This document shows positions 60,779 to 64,000 of a stretch of DNA of 64,000 nt, piece after piece (the first letter of the stretch is position 1; every line of letters starts with the position of its first letter). Source of the DNA: an uncultured Aquiluna sp. (lineage in GTDB: Bacteria > Actinomycetota > Actinomycetes > Actinomycetales > Microbacteriaceae). Below the pieces are notes generated by a model. It was not told the origin of the DNA. It did not search any database and saw only the letters and a list, made by a program, of their open reading frames with translations. The DNA lies in NCBI GenBank assembly GCA_964350385.1, contig CAYGJH010000001.1, forward strand, positions 106,777 to 170,776, in the 5' to 3' direction. The translations under genes were made by a program, and so were the position numbers.

Positions 60779-61753
60779 CTATTCGCGACCGGCCAAAACC
60801 CTCTCAGAAGCAGCTTTTAGCTCCTTCTCACCTGAGCGCAGGTGAGCGTAAATGGGGGCAGCAAGGAAGATGGAAGAGTAGGTACCAACAATGGTTCCAA
60901 CAAACAGCGCAAGGGCGATGTCCCGCAGGGTTCCAGCACCCAGAATCAATGATCCAATAAAGAGAATTGAACCAACGGGCAGTACAGCAACGACAGAGGT
61001 GTTTATTGATCTAACCAGGGTCTGATTCACAGCCAGGTTGACCATCTCGCCGAATGTCCTGGTGTCAGATAGCTCGATCTCAAGCGTGTTCTCGCGAACC
61101 TTGTCAAAGACAACAACTGTGTCGTAGAGGGAGTAAGCCAGAATCGTGAGGAACCCAATCACAGCCGCAGGAGTTACCTCAAAACCAACTCCGGCATAAA
61201 CCCCAGCAGTCAGCACTAAATCGTGGGCAAGAGCAAGCAATGCCGCCACGGACATCTTCCAGGAGCGGAAGTAAAACGCCATCAATAGGGAGACCAAGAG
61301 CAAGAAGACACCTAGACCAATCAAGGCCTGTCTTGTGACGTCGGCTCCCCAGTTGGGTCCTACAAAGCTAGAGGCAACCTCAGCCGGATCAACGCCAAAG
61401 GCCGCGGCGAGTGCTAGTCGAACCTCTTCTGACTCAACATCCTGAAGCTGCTCAGTCTGAATCCTCAGATCGCTGAAGCCCACTGCCGCAACATTTACCT
61501 GGACGCCAGGTACAACCTCGTTAACCGTCTCAACAGCCAAGGACTGTGGCAACTCCTGGGAGTTATTGACACGGAATTCACTGCCACCGCGGAATTCGAT
61601 GCCGAAGTTGAACCCTCCGCGGAGTATCGGTAGCGACACGGCAAGAATTACCGCAACGGCAGCAATCGCGTACCAAAGATTCTTCTTACCAACGAAGTCG
61701 AAGGACCGCTCACCAGAGTAGAGCTGGTTACCGAGTTTTCTGAATTTACTCAT
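60779..61753 (-). CDS. secF: Protein translocase subunit SecF
   Basis: GIEFRGG, YSLYDTVVVFDKVREN, QTLVRSINTS. Confidence 0.97.
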   Translation of the reverse strand: MSKFRKLGNQLYSGERSFDFVGKKNLWYAIAAVAVILAVSLPILRGGFNFGIEFRGGSEFRVNNSQELPQSLAVETVNEVVPGVQVNVAAVGFSDLRIQTEQLQDVESEEVRLALAAAFGVDPAEVASSFVGPNWGADVTRQALIGLGVFLLLVSLLMAFYFRSWKMSVAALLALAHDLVLTAGVYAGVGFEVTPAAVIGFLTILAYSLYDTVVVFDKVRENTLEIELSDTRTFGEMVNLAVNQTLVRSINTSVVAVLPVGSILFIGSLILGAGTLRDIALALFVGTIVGTYSSIFLAAPIYAHLRSGEKELKAASERVLAGRE

Positions 61754-63431
61754 CGCCGTCCTCCAGTGCTTGGCGGGCTTTTCGCTCCGCGATTGTCTGT
61801 CTCTTCTGCGCCTCTTTTGAAGCCTTCTTCACTTTTCCAGATGAGACTTCGGCAGCCACCCGGAACTCTCCACGGCCTCGATAGGAGGCCTTAGCGGCAC
61901 TGAGGTCAAACCCTGAGAAACGGTGTCCAGATGCAAAGAACTTGTTCCTTGCCAACAGCTGCACAACAGGGTGCGTGAAGAGCGTCACAATCAACAGGTC
62001 AATTAAGGTAGTCAGACCCAAAGTGAAGGCGAAGCCTCGTACCGAGGAGGAAGTGAGCAGGTACAACACGACGGCTGCTGTAAAGCTGACAGCGTCAGAG
62101 ACCAGGATGGTTCGGAAGGCGCGCTTCCAGCCGGCCTCCACGGCGATTTCAAGGCTTCTGCCATCACGCAACTCGTCCCTAATTCGCTCGAAGTAGACGA
62201 TGAAGGAGTCAGCCGTTATACCAATGGCAACGATCAAACCCGCAACACCAGCGAGCGAAAGCCTGTAGCCCTGTCTCCAAGACAGGAAGGCAATGAACAG
62301 GTAGACCAGCAAGGCTGCAATTATGAGTGAGCCGAGCACCACGCTTGCAAGGCCTCGATACTGGAACGCCATGTAGATCATGACGAAGATCAATCCAATC
62401 AGGCCAGCAATCAAACCAGAGCGAAGCGACTCATCTCCTAAAGTCGCCGAAATGTTCTCCTGCGACTGCACCTCAAAGCCAATTGGCAGAGCTCCATACT
62501 TCAGCTGATCGGCAAGTACTGTCGCACTCTCCTGGGTGAAGTTTCCGGTGATCTGCGCCTGGCCATTTGTGATAACCGCGTTCGTTGAAGGCGCGGTGAT
62601 TACAAGACCGTCCAAGGTGATTGCAAACTGGTTCTGCGGACTGGGAAGACCAAAGAGTCTGGAGGTCACAAAACCAAATGAGTTCGTGCCCTCAGCATCA
62701 AATTCAAGGTTTACGGCCCAGGTGTTTGTCGAGGCACCGGTTTGGGTGGTGATGGTTCCCGCGAAGGCGTCGGAGATGTTCTCACCACGCACCTCAACTG
62801 GACCAAGAATGTATTTGAACCTGAGGAAATCATCACAGGTAACCAAAGGCTTTGCCGGATCGTCAACCTGTCCCGGAGTTCTGAACTGGGTCGAGCAGTC
62901 GAAGCTCTCAAATTCGGCTAGCACGCGCTCAGTCACCCAAGCAGCATCAGATGCGTTCACCGGCTGAGTGGCCGGCACATCGTTTAGGGACTCGAGATCT
63001 ACCGGCTCCGCATCCTCGCCGAGTGGAATTGAGTCGGCATAGGTTATGACTGGCCTGAACTCCAGAAGGGCACTTGCCTTGATCAACTGAAGAGTGTTTG
63101 CGTCGGGAGTTCCCGGAATCGCAACGACGATGTTCTCATTGCCCTGAATCGTTACCTGAGCCTCGCCCACACCTGATCCGTCGATCCTCTGGCGAATAAT
63201 GGAGACGGCCTGGTTCAGCTGCTCAAGAGATGCCTGCTGGCCATCCGCAATGGAGGGCGTCAAAATTAGTTGGGTACCGCCCTGTAGGTCAAGTGCGAGC
63301 TCAGGCGCCCAGCTAGCTCCCGGCTGAGCGGTAACTGTGCCCCAGGTGATAAGTGCGACAAAGAACGCAGCTATACCTGTGATCCAGGAAATTCTGCTTC
63401 TGGCCGACCTTGCGGTCGTATTTTCAGCCAA
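61746..63431 (-). CDS. secD: Protein translocase subunit SecD
   Basis: LALDLQGG, LKYGALP, GITADSFIVYFERIRDE, VRGFAFTL. Confidence 0.97.
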   Translation of the reverse strand: MAENTTARSARSRISWITGIAAFFVALITWGTVTAQPGASWAPELALDLQGGTQLILTPSIADGQQASLEQLNQAVSIIRQRIDGSGVGEAQVTIQGNENIVVAIPGTPDANTLQLIKASALLEFRPVITYADSIPLGEDAEPVDLESLNDVPATQPVNASDAAWVTERVLAEFESFDCSTQFRTPGQVDDPAKPLVTCDDFLRFKYILGPVEVRGENISDAFAGTITTQTGASTNTWAVNLEFDAEGTNSFGFVTSRLFGLPSPQNQFAITLDGLVITAPSTNAVITNGQAQITGNFTQESATVLADQLKYGALPIGFEVQSQENISATLGDESLRSGLIAGLIGLIFVMIYMAFQYRGLASVVLGSLIIAALLVYLFIAFLSWRQGYRLSLAGVAGLIVAIGITADSFIVYFERIRDELRDGRSLEIAVEAGWKRAFRTILVSDAVSFTAAVVLYLLTSSSVRGFAFTLGLTTLIDLLIVTLFTHPVVQLLARNKFFASGHRFSGFDLSAAKASYRGRGEFRVAAEVSSGKVKKASKEAQKRQTIAERKARQALEDGDE

Positions 63432-63434
63432 CGG

Positions 63435-63689
63435 TTACTTCTCCTCAGCGGGCAGTACTTTTCCAACCGCTCCTCGAAGCACTCGCAGCTTCGTGCCTTT
63501 GCCGGACTCTATCTCCAGCTCGTCTTCTGAAACAGCTAGGACCTTGCCCTTGATTCCGGCATGCAAAATAACCTGCACTCCTACCTCAAGGGTGTTCTGC
63601 ATAGCCTCGACGTCCTTCTTACGGCGACGATTTTGCATGACCAAAAAAATGATCATCAGTGCCAAAACGGCCAATAGTAGAGCGTCCAA
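63435..63689 (-). CDS. yajC: Preprotein translocase subunit YajC
   Basis: Single TM, basic stretch, L.VG.QV...AGI.G.V; precedes secD; AAGGA SD. Confidence 0.9.
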   Translation of the reverse strand: MDALLLAVLALMIIFLVMQNRRRKKDVEAMQNTLEVGVQVILHAGIKGKVLAVSEDELEIESGKGTKLRVLRGAVGKVLPAEEK

Positions 63690-63719
63690 AAACTTTCCTT
63701 ACCGAACAGGTCCCCCGAA

Positions 63720-63725
63720 ATTATA
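63720..63725 (-). promoter_or_regulatory. Consensus -10 (TATAAT) for yajC-secDF
   Basis: Perfect TATAAT 30 nt upstream of the yajC start. Confidence 0.6.
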
Positions 63726-63748
63726 GGCGTTAATGGCCTTCAATGGGG

Positions 63749-64000
63749 CTAAGGCTGGATGTGAGCGATCCCATCCGGCGTTATTTCTCTTCCCCTTGGA
63801 GTTCTTTGTATAAACCCGACACGTATTAGGTACGGTTCCAAGACGGCCTCTATCGTGTCGGGCTCTTCTCCAAGCGCTACCGCGAGCGTTGAAAGCCCCA
63901 CTGGTTTTGAGTTGAACTTGGTGGCGAGCAGCCCAAGCAGCTGGTTGTCGACCCTGTCCAGACCCGCCTCGTCCACCCCAAAAAGTTCCATTGCCTGAAT
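63749..64000 (-). CDS. ruvB: Holliday junction helicase RuvB, C-terminal part, truncated by window edge
   Basis: GLDRVD, PVGLSTLAVALGEE..TIE...EPYL.R.G.IQRTPRGR. Confidence 0.96.
   Translation of the reverse strand: MQAMELFGVDEAGLDRVDNQLLGLLATKFNSKPVGLSTLAVALGEEPDTIEAVLEPYLIRVGFIQRTPRGREITPDGIAHIQP

Noticed and set aside
1-64000. CRISPR arrays, transposases, defence systems, tandem repeats or horizontally acquired islands
   Set aside because: Nearly all bases are accounted for by syntenic housekeeping genes; no repeat arrays or obvious compositional shifts were visible by eye

Overview
The window is 64 kb of tightly packed core chromosome from a streamlined actinobacterium. Gene order and protein sequences point to Microbacteriaceae, probably a Luna-cluster (Aquiluna/Rhodoluna-like) planktonic lineage; this is inference. 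Almost every gene is on the minus strand. In transcription order they run ruvB-yajC-secD-secF-rel, rarA-rpsD-alaS-ruvX-mltG-aroE/C/K/B/Q-efp-nusB, pyrR/B/C-carAB-pyrF-gmk-rpoZ-coaBC-metK-priA-fmt-rsmB-rpe, hisE/G/F/I-trpE/C/B/A-lgt-gltBD-pyk, pdtaR, then polA-rpsA-coaE-uvrB/A/C-rapZ. The plus strand carries a hotdog thioesterase, tRNA-Leu(CAA), a cyclophilin and a DUF349 protein. I found no mobile element, CRISPR array, defence island or novel multi-gene protein system. The unusual signals lie in the very short intergenic spaces. (i) Upstream stop codons repeatedly form the first half of a TANNNT -10 box placed to give leaderless mRNA for the next gene. (ii) TAG is the dominant stop codon, and TGA occurs only inside gene overlaps. 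(iii) There are candidate structured leaders before rpsA, gltB, rpsD and rel. (iv) There is no mIHF coding sequence at its usual pyrF-gmk position. All protein calls are by recognition of the translated sequence; no searches were run.
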